DNA from: the human T2T-CHM13v2.0 reference genome, Homo sapiens
DNA: 64,000 nt
Reading direction: 5' to 3' (one strand)
Assembly (NCBI RefSeq): GCF_009914755.1
Contig: NC_060931.1
Under the pieces are notes generated by a model. It saw only the letters and a program-made list of their open reading frames with translations. It searched no databases and had not been told where the DNA came from. The position numbers and the translations under genes are program-made. Shown here one piece after another: positions 32,481 to 46,194 of this stretch (positions are counted from its first letter, which is position 1; every line of letters begins with the position of its first letter).

Positions 32481-33797
32481 ACGTTCATTCAGAGAAATGC
32501 ATCATTAGGCAATTTCATTGTGTGAACATCATAGAATATACTTAAGCCTAAATGATACAGCCTACTACATACCTAGGCTGTGTTGTATAGCCTATTGCTC
32601 CTAGTCTACAAGTTCATACAGCATATTACTATTCTGAATATTGTAGGCAATTTTAACACAATGGTATGTGTTTGTGTGTCTAAACATAGAAAAGATATAG
32701 TAAAATATGACATAAAAGATGAAAAATGGTATACCTGTATAGGGCACTTACCATGAATGGAGCTTACAGGATTGGAAATTGCTTTGGATGAGTCAATTGC
32801 TCAGTGAATGAGTGGTGAGTGAATATGAAGGCCTAGGACATTACACTACTGTAGACTTTATAAATACTGTACACTTAGGTTGCACTCAATTTATTTTAAA
32901 ATATTTTCCTTAATAAATTAATTTTAGATTACTGTAATTTTCTTCTAAAGTTTATAACTTTTTAATTTTTTTAACTTTTTGACTCTTGTAATAACATTAA
33001 AATACACATTGTATAGCTGCCCTACAATAGTGTTTCTTTATATCCTTATTTTGTGAGCTTTTTTCTATTTCTAATTTTTAAAAATGTTTTTAAAAATTAA
33101 AATTTCTAAAAAATTTTAAAAATTAAAAATAAAAAAATTTTAAATGTTTTTTTAAAATGTTATGTTTTTACTTTTTAAACCTTTTTGTTAAAAACTACAC
33201 AGAAACATACATCTTAGCCTAGACCTACCCAGTCAGGATTATCAATATCACTGTCTGCCACCCTCACACCTTGTCCCATCGAAAGGTTTTCATGGGCAAT
33301 AACATACATGGAGCTGTTATCTCCTGTGATAACAATGCCTTCTCCTGGAATGCCTCCTAAGGAACTTGCCTGGGGCCATTTGGAGTTAACTTTATAAATA
33401 TATATATATATATAAACATATATATATAAATATATATATATAAACATATATATAAATATATATATAAATATATATATAACTTGAAGGAATACACTAAAAT
33501 GATAAAAAGTATAGTGTAGTAAATGCATAAATCAGTAGCATAGTAATTTATTATTATCATAAAGTAATTGTACTGGACCTAATTGTCTCTGCTATACTTT
33601 TACACGACTGGCAGTGCAGCAGATTTGTTTACACCAGCATCACCACAAACACTTGAGTAATGAATTGCACTAAGGTGTTAGGAAGTCTAGGAGGTCACTA
33701 GTTAATAGGAATTTCTCAGTTCCATGACGATCTTATGGAACCACCTTTGTATATGTGGTTTGTGATTGTCTGAAACACCATTATGAGGCACATCAGT
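32481..33797 (+). mobile_element. Tigger3b-like element, left terminus missing
   Basis: agagaaatgcatcattaggcaatttcattgtgtgaacatcatag ... cattatgaggcacatcagtgta. Confidence 0.88.
33393..33478 (+). repeat. (TA)n-rich microsatellite inside Tigger3b
   Basis: Seen directly. Confidence 0.95.
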
Positions 33798-34454
33798 GTA
33801 GAATTTTAAATGTAAGCAATCTCCCAGATTATTTTTTATCTTCTTTGTTCTCTTTTGATCTTACCCCTGCTCCTGGAAAATCACTGTTCAAATGCTTTTT
33901 CTCATGTTGGGTGATATTTATAAAATCAGCAGGCTAACTGAGCCTCTTGAATGTATGGAATTTCTTTTTTTTTTAATGTAGTTGTAGAGATAGTGCTTTG
34001 CAAATAAGAGGAAATTGGCAAAGGAAGTTCAATATATTGCTATATGAGACCCAAGGGGTAAAATGTGTTTTAATGTAGATTGAAGTCAATTGTATTTCTT
34101 GATGTGTCTTTCCACACATTCCTTTTGTGTATGATAATGTCACTGTTGGGCAGTGGAGGCAGAGAGGGGAAGTGAATAGGTAATGATGCTAATTTACCTT
34201 GTCCAGGAGTGGGGCAAAAATGCCCTTCTGCTTTTACTAAGTTAGAGGGAGAAAGTGATGTGGGAGTTTGCTTTAGAAATGCACGGCAAAAGAAAAATTG
34301 ATCTTTGTCTGTGTTTGTCCTCTTTTGTTGATGTGGGAACACTATTGAACGACTTTTGGCAACTACTAATCAATTGCTATCTTCCTCCTAACAATCTTTT
34401 CTATCATTGTTTGATAGTCTTTTATCTCTTTTCTCAGTATATTCTTATATTAGT

Positions 34455-34620
34455 ACTATTCATTTACTCAGACATTTTATTGAGTGCTTACCTGTGGTCC
34501 ACACTGTACTAGGCATAACAAGGAGTAAATATAAGTACAGAAGAAGAAAAAATTTAAAGGTTTTTGCTGTAAAAACATAATCAGTTATCCTATACTCAAA
34601 GACCTGTTGCTCATGAAGTA
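34455..34620 (-). mobile_element. L2 3'-end relic
   Basis: ttcatttactcagacattttattgagtgcttac.tgtg..cac.ctgtactagg. Confidence 0.65.
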
Positions 34621-35549
34621 TGTAATTAATATGTATGTTGTCACCTAAATAGAAATGTTATGCACAGGTCTATTATAAACTTATCTTGCATTATTTATCA
34701 GCTTTTTTATAAATTGTTTCTAATTTATTTAAAATAAAATATAAACATTCAACATTTTTAAGATAAAACAATATTTTTACCACATTGATTTCATTATTAA
34801 TTTATTTCTTTAAATGTTGCATTAAAATAAACTTCTTATCCTGTTTTAGAAAGTCAGTCATTCAATAAGCATGCCTTTGTAATTGTGATGGGGATAAAAT
34901 AATTATAAGTGTTTTCGCTACTCCTACTCCCAGAACCTAAGGTGATTTTAAGATTTCCTCTCATCTCCTGGTACTTATAGAGTCATGGGGGAATCTGAAA
35001 GCAGCTCTGGCAGTGACTCATGTAACAAACTGAACCAGTAGAAAAGAACAGGCATAAATCTGTGTTGGTTAAAATTTGAGGACAAGAGTTTAGAAAACAA
35101 GAGAATTAGGAACATAGAAAGGAGAGAGTTGAAGACAGCTATTGAACATACTCTGAAGAAATAGGTGAGTGAAGAATGTTAGGATATTTTTAGAATGCCA
35201 TGAAATGTGTTGACCCTGATCCTTCTGCATTTCACCCTTCCCTCAACACTTCCTCAGAAGGTATCAGAAAACAAATACGCATTTCAGTTACTTTCATTGA
35301 ATTTCAGAAGAAATTAAGATGGCTAGTTACTAGGTAGAACAACAACAGATTAAGGTTATTTGGATGCCAAAAATTGGGAAAGCATACTAGGGATGTGATA
35401 CGAGTGATACAGCATGAAACTGTAGCTTTCTGAGGCTACTTATTTAGTAGTCAAAGGATGAACTTTTTATTTCTCACTTAAATGTTAAAGAAAAAAACAA
35501 CAAACATTCATAAGAATACTTTTATTTTAAATAAGTATAAGAGATAAAA

Positions 35550-35652
35550 AATGTCCTGCAAAATTTCTGACTTAATTGTCTGGGTGTGGCGCAAACATTT
35601 ATTTTTGCAAATGTCACCAGGCAATTCTAGTAAGCATCTTTGAACCACTACT
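35550..35652. mobile_element. MER5-like hAT relic
   Basis: ttctgacttaattgtctgggtgtggc...ccaggcaattcta...ttgaaccacta. Confidence 0.55.
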
Positions 35653-36644
35653 ATGCACCCTGACAGCCTCCATGTCTGGGAGAATTTCTGGTAAAGATGA
35701 TGTGATGACAATGATAGTGACTGTTCTGGCTTTTCAAATGGCAGTGGGAGAGGTTTGCCCATTAAAAAAAAATAAATATATGCACTCTAAAACAAATATT
35801 GGATCTAATGTTTTTAGTGAGTTTTCATTTGCCTTTTAATTAATTATATTTTACCTGTGTTTTTCTTTTAATTGCAAGGTCTAAACATTCTTTATAGTTT
35901 CTGTCTTTAATGGCGTTTTTAATGACATCATCTTCCAAAATTATATAGCTATTCATTTATACGTCTTGTGATGTTTTCAATATACTATCAGTATCTTTCT
36001 GTTAATTAGGAGAGGGAAATAGCGCAGAGGAGTGAGTCCCAGTTATCACTGGGTTTTGATATTCCCTATGCTAGTTTCATAAAATTAACTTGTATGCTTT
36101 CCAAATATTTATATTTACTAGAGCAGTTTAAAAAAATTTTTTTTTCTTAAAAGAATGAATAAATTCTTTAGTAAGCCAACTGTACTGGCCTTTTGTGCTA
36201 TGTATTTATAAACATTTTATAAAATTTTGACTCTTATGGTGTTCAAATATTCTGCATTTTCAATAATGAATTTAACTATATTTTTTTCATAAATTTCCAT
36301 TACATATATATTTTTAAAAGGTTAATTTTTATGCATATTTTTACAACTTCTTAATCCATTCCAAATATAAATTCACAGCTGCTTTTTTACTTTTTTATGT
36401 TATACACCCTTACTTTCTTTCTTTTTCTAATTTTCTTTTCAGCAGCTTTTCCATTTTATTGATCTTTTCAAAGAACTAGCTATTTGAATTATCTTCTTTA
36501 AAACATTGCATTTTAACCTATATGCAAATTATTACATCCTTAATGTATAACACTTGTGTCTTTATAGCATTTTTAAATTTTATCAAAGTCTTAATAGAGA
36601 TTATTTTCAAATTTATAAATTTTTGATTAGGTTGTTTTAGTGGG

Positions 36645-36768
36645 TTTTTTTTGTTTTTTGTTTTTTTTGTAAATGGAATTTTGTTATGCTGTCCAGGCTT
36701 CATTCGAGCTCCTGGGCTCAACCTCTCCTTTCGGCTGGAACTATGAGCATGTGCCACTGTGCCTGGCT
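36645..36768 (-). mobile_element. FLAM-like Alu monomer
   Basis: T-rich tail then single arm ending tgccactgtgcctggct. Confidence 0.75.
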
Positions 36769-38055
36769 CTAGTGTTTTTTGATTGCTTAGTTGTGTGTAT
36801 GTGTGTTTGTGTTTATGGCAACCTTAAAGATTTTTATTATTACCCAAGTGTGTTTTGAATTTTTATATATTTCAATTTGTGCATATATGAGCATGCATAT
36901 ACAAATGTATTAATTTAATGATTTGACGCAGCATAATTTGAGTTACAATTATATTGTCCCCAAACAATGAAGACTACAAAATTAAAGATCACAATGATGA
37001 ATTCTTCCTTTTCATATTTGTATTTCTGGAAAATACTTGATATAACATGATTTAATATTTTTCTTGTTTATACTTGTATACATATTATTCTTGCCACCAT
37101 ATCATGCTCTTTCCTTCCGTTCATCAATCACCACTGTCATTTACCATTTCTTAGTTAACAACATGACACTCACTCCAAACCACTCCACTTAAATCCAGTA
37201 CTCACAACTATTTTGTTATATAAAACATTTGTGTGTTTATAAATGCACCCCCAAAACCACAGTTAAAACCAGTAAGCGGCTTTCTGTGCATAGTTTTTGA
37301 ATGCTGGGAACATAGAAAATGTATAGTTCAGTCTTTGCTTTGAAATTGAGAATGCTCAGAGTCAGAGATTTTGATTTACCCACTTAATATTACACAGCTG
37401 GATGGTCATCAGACAAGAATAAACTCTCATTTTCAGATATTTAGCCTGTCATGAAGAATTATAGATGAATAAATAAATTATATATGTATATATTTGGTAG
37501 CATGTAAAATTGAGATATTCCACAGAGTTCCCAGGGATATCGTATTAGTGCTAAAGAACAAACTAGAAATAAAACTTCAAGTAAAATAGTGACCTTTTTT
37601 ATACTAAAGTGCTATGATTATTATGTTTCTAATCAAATTCAATTCAAATTGTCCTCAGATTCTTTTTTGCCTGCTGTCATCTTGCAATTACGTTGCCTTT
37701 TTTTTTTCTGTGTTTAGTCTCTTTGAATGCAAGTTTTATCTAATTAATACTTTTATTGTCCAATCAGAACACTCTCTTAACATTTTGGTATTTCATCAAT
37801 AAAATGTCACAGCTCTATCTTGGAGGTTCAAGTCTTTAACTTCTAACAATGGGAGACTCAATTGTGAACTTAGTTTCTCTAAGTACAAAGGTTTTAAGTA
37901 AGACCATGTCAATGAATATATTAGAAGATACACATGCATGCACATGTATGTATGCATGCATATATGTATATGTATGCATATGCTATGCTAAAAACATAAG
38001 ATGTTTAAATGTTAGCTAGCTGTGTCTGTGCACATATTTAAAATTAAGATGAAGG

Positions 38056-38533
38056 TGATATAAAAAAATACATCAGATACTTGTTAAAAATGGCAAAGAA
38101 AACTTTATTCAAGACTATTGTAATAGCAGAGAAAGACTACCCTGTAACAAAAGATGAAAAAAAAAAAAGTCAACACTTTGGTGACCTAATAAAAGGTGCC
38201 ATAAGATGTTATAGGGAGGTTGGCCAATATGATTAGTCCACCTGTGTTTGCTAATCGGTGCTTATCAAAGAAAAGTTTCTATACTCCCACAGAAAGGAGT
38301 AGAAGGGGTTCCTGTCTTTCTTAAAGAGGACATTTCAAAGGAATGGCTCCAGGGTCCTTGAGAAAAGACATTCCTGGAATGTGAAGATTTACATCTCAAA
38401 GGGAAATAATTTATAATTGCAAGTTTTCTATTGTAGATGCACCAAGAAAAGGGAAGTTAGAGGTCCATTTTCAGGAAGAAGACTGTCTAAAGTTTAGTCC
38501 AGAGGAGGGGAAAGTTAAGGCCTTTTTGGTCAA
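38056..38533 (-). mobile_element. Old ERV1-like solo LTR
   Basis: actttattcaagactattg.aatag (AATAAA on minus) and LTR-like body; family not identified. Confidence 0.55.
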
Positions 38534-38956
38534 CTAATCTATTCATTAAATAACCTCTTATTGCTTTATCAGAAGAGCCAGCATAAAATATATTTGATCA
38601 CACTTTCTGTTATTTAGTATTTAATTGGATACTTCTAAGTCTCTCTGTCTCTCTCCCCTTTTGGTGTTTATGCTTGCTTTTCAGACTTATCATGGAAAGG
38701 AGAGAAGGAGAGATCTTTTTATAACCAGGGAGGCTTCATAGTGTAGAATGTTTAAAAGGAGAAAGAAGTGTGAAGACAAGTTCCACATTAATTTTTCAAC
38801 GCATTAAATGTCAGTTGTATTAATTTATATTTTCTTGAACATTGAAATAGGTTTTCATTAACACTGCACATGAAGTTTAGAATGGTCTATTCATATAATT
38901 TCCAGTATTACTATCAGAGTTTTTAGCAATATGGCAAACCATAACTTTCTTTAGTA

Positions 38957-39345
38957 CAGTAGTCTCACCTTAATGATCAGAGAATACGTTCTAAGACCCC
39001 CAGCAGATATCTAAAAACTGTGGCTAATATCAAACCCTCCATATACTGTTTTCTTTTTTCTTTTTCTTTTTTCTTTTTTGATCCAGTAACAGAGAGGGTT
39101 ACTAAGTGAGTAACAGGTGGGCAGCATGTGCAGCATGGATCTCCTGGACAATGGGATGATTCACATCCTGGGTGAAACTGAGCAAGATGCTGAGAGATTT
39201 CATCATGCTACTCAAAACAGCATGCAATTTAAAGTTTAGGAATTGTTTATTTCTGGAGTTTTTCATTTAATATTTTTAGACTGTGGTTGACTATGGGTAA
39301 CTTAAACTGCTACAAGTGAAACCATGAATAAGTGGTGGACTTTTG
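38957..39345 (-). mobile_element. MER44 (Tigger7-derived) element
   Basis: TA+cagtagtc terminus; gatttcatcatgctactca.aacagcatgcaatttaaa..ttgtttatttctgga. Confidence 0.85.
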
Positions 39346-40147
39346 AGGAGTCTCAGTCACATGACTCGTTTTTCAAGACCTGTCTCCAAGCACCAAAATA
39401 AGCTTGTAAAGTCACATTCTCTAGCTTTCCAAAAACTGTGCAGATACACAATTTGATAGGCAATAATAGACTCTCTCTCCAAATTGCTAAAGTTATTTAC
39501 AATTGAAAATCTGACACAAATACAGATTAAGGAGAAACTAACAGAATTCAATTTCACAAAATAATTTATTTCTTGATTCTCAGCCAGTTAGTAGTCATGT
39601 AAAACCTATCTATGATAAGAAAACAGGATTGAATAGGGCTATAACCAGGAAGGTTAAACTTGGATAATTGCACAATTGCATTAAAACCATCTATCAAGTC
39701 TAAATGCCTACCATTATTTTGGTGGATTCTGATTTCTTTTTTAATTCATCATTTTCAAATGCAAAATAATTGTAGGATTCCAAACTTTTGAATTTAGAAA
39801 ATGTCAAAAGAAAGTAAAATGCTTTGTATAATGTTAATAGGTGATTTCTTTCCAAATTATGTGCTGATTTGTTTCTTTAACTTAGTTCAGAACACTTTTG
39901 ATAACTAACTAAATTCCCTTAAAACAAAAGCTTAAAACAAAAGAATGAACTTCTTTTATTCATTAGATTATCTTGATGGTTCTTGGTAGATAAAATTTAT
40001 TTTACCTACGGGAACCCTTTCTCACAGTTTGCCTGGCAAAGCTCTACTTTTTCCCTAGTTTACTGACATGATTATTACTAGTGTCTCTTTCACATTCAAA
40101 TGTGTACCAGCTTGGATGATAAATTATGTAATCACTAGATTACAAAT

Positions 40148-40590
40148 CCTATTAGTCAGTATTCTACAGAGAAATAGAACTAGAGGGATGGATAGATAGG
40201 TAGATAGATAGATGTATAGATAGATAGAGATAGAGATATATAGAGAATTAGAGTTTTATTTCAAGGAATTGGCTTTTGCAATGATTGTATGGGGCTAACA
40301 AATTTGAAATCTGTAGAAACTTCAGGCTGCAAACTCTGGAGAAAGACGTGATACTGTATTCTTTAGGAATAATTTCTTCTTTCTCAGATAAATGTTTTGC
40401 TTTTAAGACCATTCAACTGATTGGATAAAGATCACCCTCATCATCAAAAATAATATTTAATTGAAGTCAACTGATTATAGATGTGAATTACATCCACAAA
40501 TGCCTTCATGACAACACTTTGAGTAAGTGTTTAATTGAATAGCTGGGTACAGTAGCCTAACCAAATTGACACATAAAACTAACCATCACA
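40148..40590 (-). mobile_element. MLT2 (ERVL) LTR with (GATA)n tract
   Basis: tattagtcag..ttct.cagagaaa.agaac; ends ttgacacataaaactaaccatcaca. Confidence 0.85.
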
Positions 40591-40988
40591 TTAATCAATA
40601 CAAAAAGTAGGAAAATTTTTCACTAGGTTATTAGCAAAGGGGAAAGATGTTTAGGTTCACTTAATTGACTTATGTAATTAACCAAAATCTTTCTATCCCT
40701 CTATAAAGCATACTAATTGATGCCCATAGCACACTTAACGGTCACAGTTAAAAGTTTAGTCTCTTGCCCTCAAACTTCTGCTCTTATCAGTTGAATGATA
40801 TGTATACCATAAATCAGTTGTGTTTCACCCAAATTATGTATTTATCCCTTTAGCTCAAATGTTAGCAATTTTCAGTGCATAAATTTGGCTCTTACCACAT
40901 GTCCATTCAGCATATATTCATATTTCAAACTGGCTATATTTTGATATCATTGAAACAGATGCCTTACTTACAATGTTATGGAATGGGA

Positions 40989-41702
40989 TGAAATCACCTT
41001 TGCAAAAATTATAACAGAGATAATTGTGACAGTGAAAGAGATGTGACCTGACACCATCTTGCTTTAAACCTCCAAACTGTTCTTGTTCATTCCTGGGAAT
41101 AGACCAAACTAACTTTGGAGGAACTTCGTTTATAGTTTAAGTTTGAAACAAAGATGATAACATCTCCTTCCGAAAATAAACTCCATTTCTGCTTGGGGAC
41201 TAGACTGCCTTTGCAGGACTCACAAATTAGCTACAAGATTGAAATTATGGTTTAGAAGTCATGCAGCTGGAGGCTGGAAGATTCTAAATCTCCCAAATTG
41301 CTCCTGAGGGATAACATCACCATTGTAAAACTTAAGATCAGTCCTTAAGATATTTTGCAGACCCTGCACTGCATGGATCAGCTGGCACCATCCAGATTGA
41401 TAAACAGCCTCCCAGGAACTGGCTCAGCAGAAGAGAACAGCTTCAACTCCCTGTGATGTAATCTTTGACCTGACCAATCAGCACTTCCTACTTTCTGACC
41501 CCCCACCCACCAAATTATCCCTAAAAACCCTATCTTTGAGTTTTCAAGGAGACTGATTTATTATTTTGAGTAATAACACAACTCTGGTCTCCTGTACAGC
41601 CAGCTCTGCCTAAATTAAACTCTTTCTCTACTGCAATTCCGTTGTCTTAATAAATTGGCTCTGTCTAGGCATCAGGCAAGGAGAACCTTTTCGGCACTTA
41701 CA
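40989..41702 (+). mobile_element. LTR8-family (ERV1) solo LTR
   Basis: tgaaatcacctttgcaaaaattataac ... ttaca; 4-bp TSD GGGA (40985-40988 / 41703-41706). Confidence 0.9.
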
Positions 41703-41752
41703 GGGATAGATAATTTACATTGCATGCCCATGCAAAATTGAAGATCCATTAG

Positions 41753-42107
41753 TGTTTCACCCCATGCAGGCTGCTTTAACAAAAATACCACTAACTTCGT
41801 GGCTTATAAAACACAAACATTTGTTTCTCACAGTTCTGGAAGCTAAGAAGTCCAAGATCATGGTGCTGATGGATTTGGCGTCTGGTGAGGGCCCATTTTC
41901 TAATTCATAGATGGTACCTTCTCACTGTGTCCTCATGTAACAGAAAAAAATGAGCAATCTCTCTGGGGTTTCCGAAGACATTAGTGTGAAAGTTCCACCC
42001 TCATGACCTAATCACCTCCCAAAGGTTCTAGCTCCCAATACATCACCTTAGGCGTTAGAATTTTAATACATAAATTTTAGGGGGACACAAAGATTTGGAC
42101 AATAGCA
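41753..42107 (-). mobile_element. MLT1A-like MaLR LTR
   Basis: ctcacagttctggaagctaagaagtccaagatca; catgacctaatcacctcccaaagg. Confidence 0.85.
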
Positions 42108-43574
42108 ATTACATGTTTCTCTTCCTTGTCCAGAGTTACTTCATCTTTCTTACCCCATTTACCCTACAGAGTTTTGAACTTTCTCCCCATAGCATAATCT
42201 TCCAGAAATATTTGTTTCTGATTTATAAGTTGCATGTATCTTTTTAGGAAAATAAAATGTCACTAGGTATCCTCCCTCTAAACATACCTCTCTCTAGAAA
42301 AACAGCTCAGCTCAGTGTGTATTTATAACTACTCCAATAAATCCTCATGTTTCATAATTCAATTACTTACCATATTCACTAAAAAAAAAAAAAAAAAAAA
42401 AAAGAACTTTTTTTTGCAGAGCTAGAAAAATTCCTGTCAAGGAAATAAGATTTTCTTCTTATAGTTATGGGCATACTACTTTTTTCATAGAAATATTGTT
42501 GAGTTCTAGAGATAATATATGCAAAATACCTATTTCAATGATTGGTACATAATAGTTGCTCAAGAGAAATACTATTATTGACTTCAACATGTTGCATTCG
42601 TGGCGAGCTTTTACTTTTTTTAGAATGTGTACTTGAAAATAACATGTATTTTATAAATCCAATAGGACCTGAAACAAAATTTTACATTATATGTTTAATT
42701 CAATTCTCTGTGCTTTGTTCTGTACTACTTTTTATCTCAACACATCTTTTTTAACAAAAGATGAAATAATGTTTTAAAATGTCATATTTGCTCAAATATC
42801 CATTTCAATTTTTTAATGTCATATTCTATGTTTTTACCTTTTCAAGGGTAAGACTTTCTTCTAGCCTTTTATGTTACAAACATTTTCAAACATACAAAAA
42901 TTTCAAAGGATAGCATGAGCATCTATGTACTAAAAACCTTGATTTTTTTCCATTTGACAATAAACTCACACATCATGACACTTCACACCATAATACTCCG
43001 TGTATTTCTTCTAAGAATAAGACCATGCTTTACATACTCACAATTCTGCTTTACTCCTAAAAAATTACTAGTATTTTCCAACCTCATGTAACTTAGAATG
43101 TATATTTCCCAAATTTCCCTTAAAATACTTTTTATATTTTATCACCTGATGAAGCATTAGAATTTGAAAATGCTGGAACTGACCATATAAATAGGGTTGA
43201 GTTTTTCATGTAGAGTTTTTTATGTTGCCATATTTAAACTGATAATACAAAACCAGTATTTCAATATATCAATCTCCAATAAGAGGTATGATAGTGTTTC
43301 AGCTACTTGCAACCATTTGCTAATTTTGTTTGATAAATTTAGAATTCAAACAAGGCAGTTAGTTATTTAATCAGTACTTAAAAATAAGCAACTCTATGCA
43401 GAACAAGTGCCAAATAGTATGAGTATGAGACTGGTTGACTCCAAAGCCAGAAATATTTCTTGCCCTTAGAATTGTCCCTGCACGGGTCTTCCTTCTTAAT
43501 AACTTGAAGGATTCCACTTTGTTTTATCCCAACTACCACTATCTTAGTTTAATCTTTGTTTTTATTTGACTTAT

Positions 43575-43890
43575 AATTCTGGTTCTATTGTTATATGACA
43601 ATAACCCCTGCCCTCAAAACAGTGGCTTAAAATAATATCATCATGTCTTTTGCTCACAAATCTGAAGATACAGGTCTTAGCTAGGCAATTCTTTCTTGGG
43701 GTCTCATTTAGTTTTAGTCAGATGGTGGCTGATGTTTTTTTCAAAGGCTTCCTGACTTGCACTTCTGGTGACTGGGCCGGGAAAATTTAAATAACTGAGG
43801 ATCTTTGATCATCTCTTTCTTTTTCTTTGTGGGCACACTTTGGGTCTCTTGACATGGTGGCTGTAGGCTAGCCAGACTTGTTCAATGTGT
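43575..43890 (-). mobile_element. Partial old MLT1 (G/H-like) LTR
   Basis: agtggcttaaaataa, gctcacaaatctg, ggggtctca, gacatggtggct. Confidence 0.55.
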
Positions 43891-44484
43891 CCTATTTTAT
43901 AGAGAAAGCACATGAGAAAACAGCTCTCCATTTGTGTCATCAGAGGAGTAGCACACTTCTCAGGAGAGCAGTAACTCTTTTCAGCTCCTGTATTCTCTGT
44001 CCCTGGAATAATCAGTTTGGAGGAAGGGAAAGCATGAGTGAGACAGAATTTTTGTCATCCAGACATTCCCTTGTGTTGCCCCCGAGGGACAAAATCAAAG
44101 TTTCTTAGAATATAAGGAAGATAGGAGATCAGGCACTTATACTAATTTTACATCCAGCTTCTTAAGTAGTTTCACCCATGCATCTTTCTTTGAATTCATA
44201 GCTCACACGGAATTGCACGAACAGAGCACAAACAGACCAAGGAAAACAACTATTCCATCTGCATCAGTCAGACACATCTGTGAGCACATGATTTTAGGAA
44301 TGTATCTCAGTTTGGATTATAATGTTAGTTAAAAAAAAAAAAAAAAAACAGAATAAGTGTATCCTACTGAAAGGCTTGCACTACTGGAGAGACTGGCCCT
44401 GTCCTCATCAGCAACCACTGTAACCCCCCCCAAACTCTCCCAGTCTTCTGTAGTGTCAGGCCACCTCAAGCAAGATTGGGTTTC

Positions 44485-44975
44485 ATTTTTTTTCTCTTTT
44501 TTTTCCAGCTTTATTGAGATATAATTGGCAAAAGTTGTATATATTTATGATGTATCACATAAAATGATATACAGCTATACACATTGTGAAATAAATCAAG
44601 CTAATTAACATATCCATCACCTCACATACTTACCATTTTTTATGTGGTAAGACTACTTAAAATCTCTTCTCAGTAATTTTCAAGTATGTAATAGATTAAC
44701 TATAGTCATAACACTATACAGTAGATCTCCAGAATTTATTCATCCTATGTAATTGAAACTGTGCCTTTTGACCAACATCTCCCGATTTCCCCACAATACC
44801 TAGCCTCTGCAAACTACCATTCTACTCTATGCTTCTAGGAGTTCAACTTTTTTTTAGATTCCACGTATGAGTGACATCATGGAGTACATTTCATCCTAAG
44901 CCTGGCTTATTTCACTTAGCATAATGCTCTCCAAGTCCATCCATGTTTTTGCAAGTGACAGAACTTCCTTCTTAA
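44485..44975 (-). mobile_element. L1MA 3' fragment
   Basis: cagctttattgagatataattg...tcaagctaattaacatatccatcacctcaca. Confidence 0.85.
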
Positions 44976-45349
44976 AATAGTTTTTAACTTACAAAGCTTA
45001 CAAGTAGAAGGCCAAGGTATTTTCACAAGGGATGTGCAAACTACTCTTTACAAGAAGGTGAAAGTCTTCCAAGGAGGATATGAAGAAAAGATGGCACAAA
45101 AGGGCCAAAGTCTTCCTCTTTTATAGCAGACTTTAATTTTCACACCACTGCTTCAAAGGAGTAGCGTGGATCACTTCAGTGTCTTAGCCACTCCTCCCAA
45201 GTACTTGGGCATCACCTACAAACAAGCTCCTGCTAGAAAGCTATGTGGAGAAGTGACAAGAGCAAAATCTCCAGTCAGATGTTGCAAGAATTAAAAACAG
45301 AGTTTACAGTTAGAATTGAAGATTTATCTGCATAAGGTAGTAGTAGTGA

Positions 45350-45557
45350 GAATTTTGGATGTTAATTCTCCCACTATTTATGTTCCTGAGTTTCATTACA
45401 TTGAAACCTCTTCAACTGAGTTGAAAAATAGTGAGAAAAGTGGTACCTACCACAGAGGGCTGTAAAGTCCATGAAATGAGATAATCTATAAGTTATTTTA
45501 GCTCAGTGCCTGACATACAATAATGCTCAATATATATTTACTATTTCATTATTATTA
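45350..45557 (+). mobile_element. MIR
   Basis: gtacctaccacagaggg.tgt...tgaaatgagataat...cagtgcctgacataca.taa.gctcaata. Confidence 0.75.
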
Positions 45558-45905
45558 CAGGGTGACTTTTAGAAATACAATCTTTTTCAACAATAAATAT
45601 AATGGTGAATGCTAAAATCAGAAATTTAGCACCCATTAGAGCTTAAAGGCGTAGAAATGGTACAGTGATACCAATAAAATGGTCGAGTTAGATATTCAAG
45701 GGTAGGTTTAAAGAGAAACAAGATGCATTTAATGGAAATGAAGGAATTAATAAGAGCTGATCACTTATTAATCTAAGTGATCTAAGAGCTGATCTACTTT
45801 TAACGTAAGCTCATCCTAAGTTTTGACAACTGTGACAGGCAATTCTTTGATAAAAAGATTGGAAACTACCGAATGTGGAGCTTGCCTCCCCATACCCCCC
45901 ATCTC

Positions 45906-46194
<289 letters not shown>

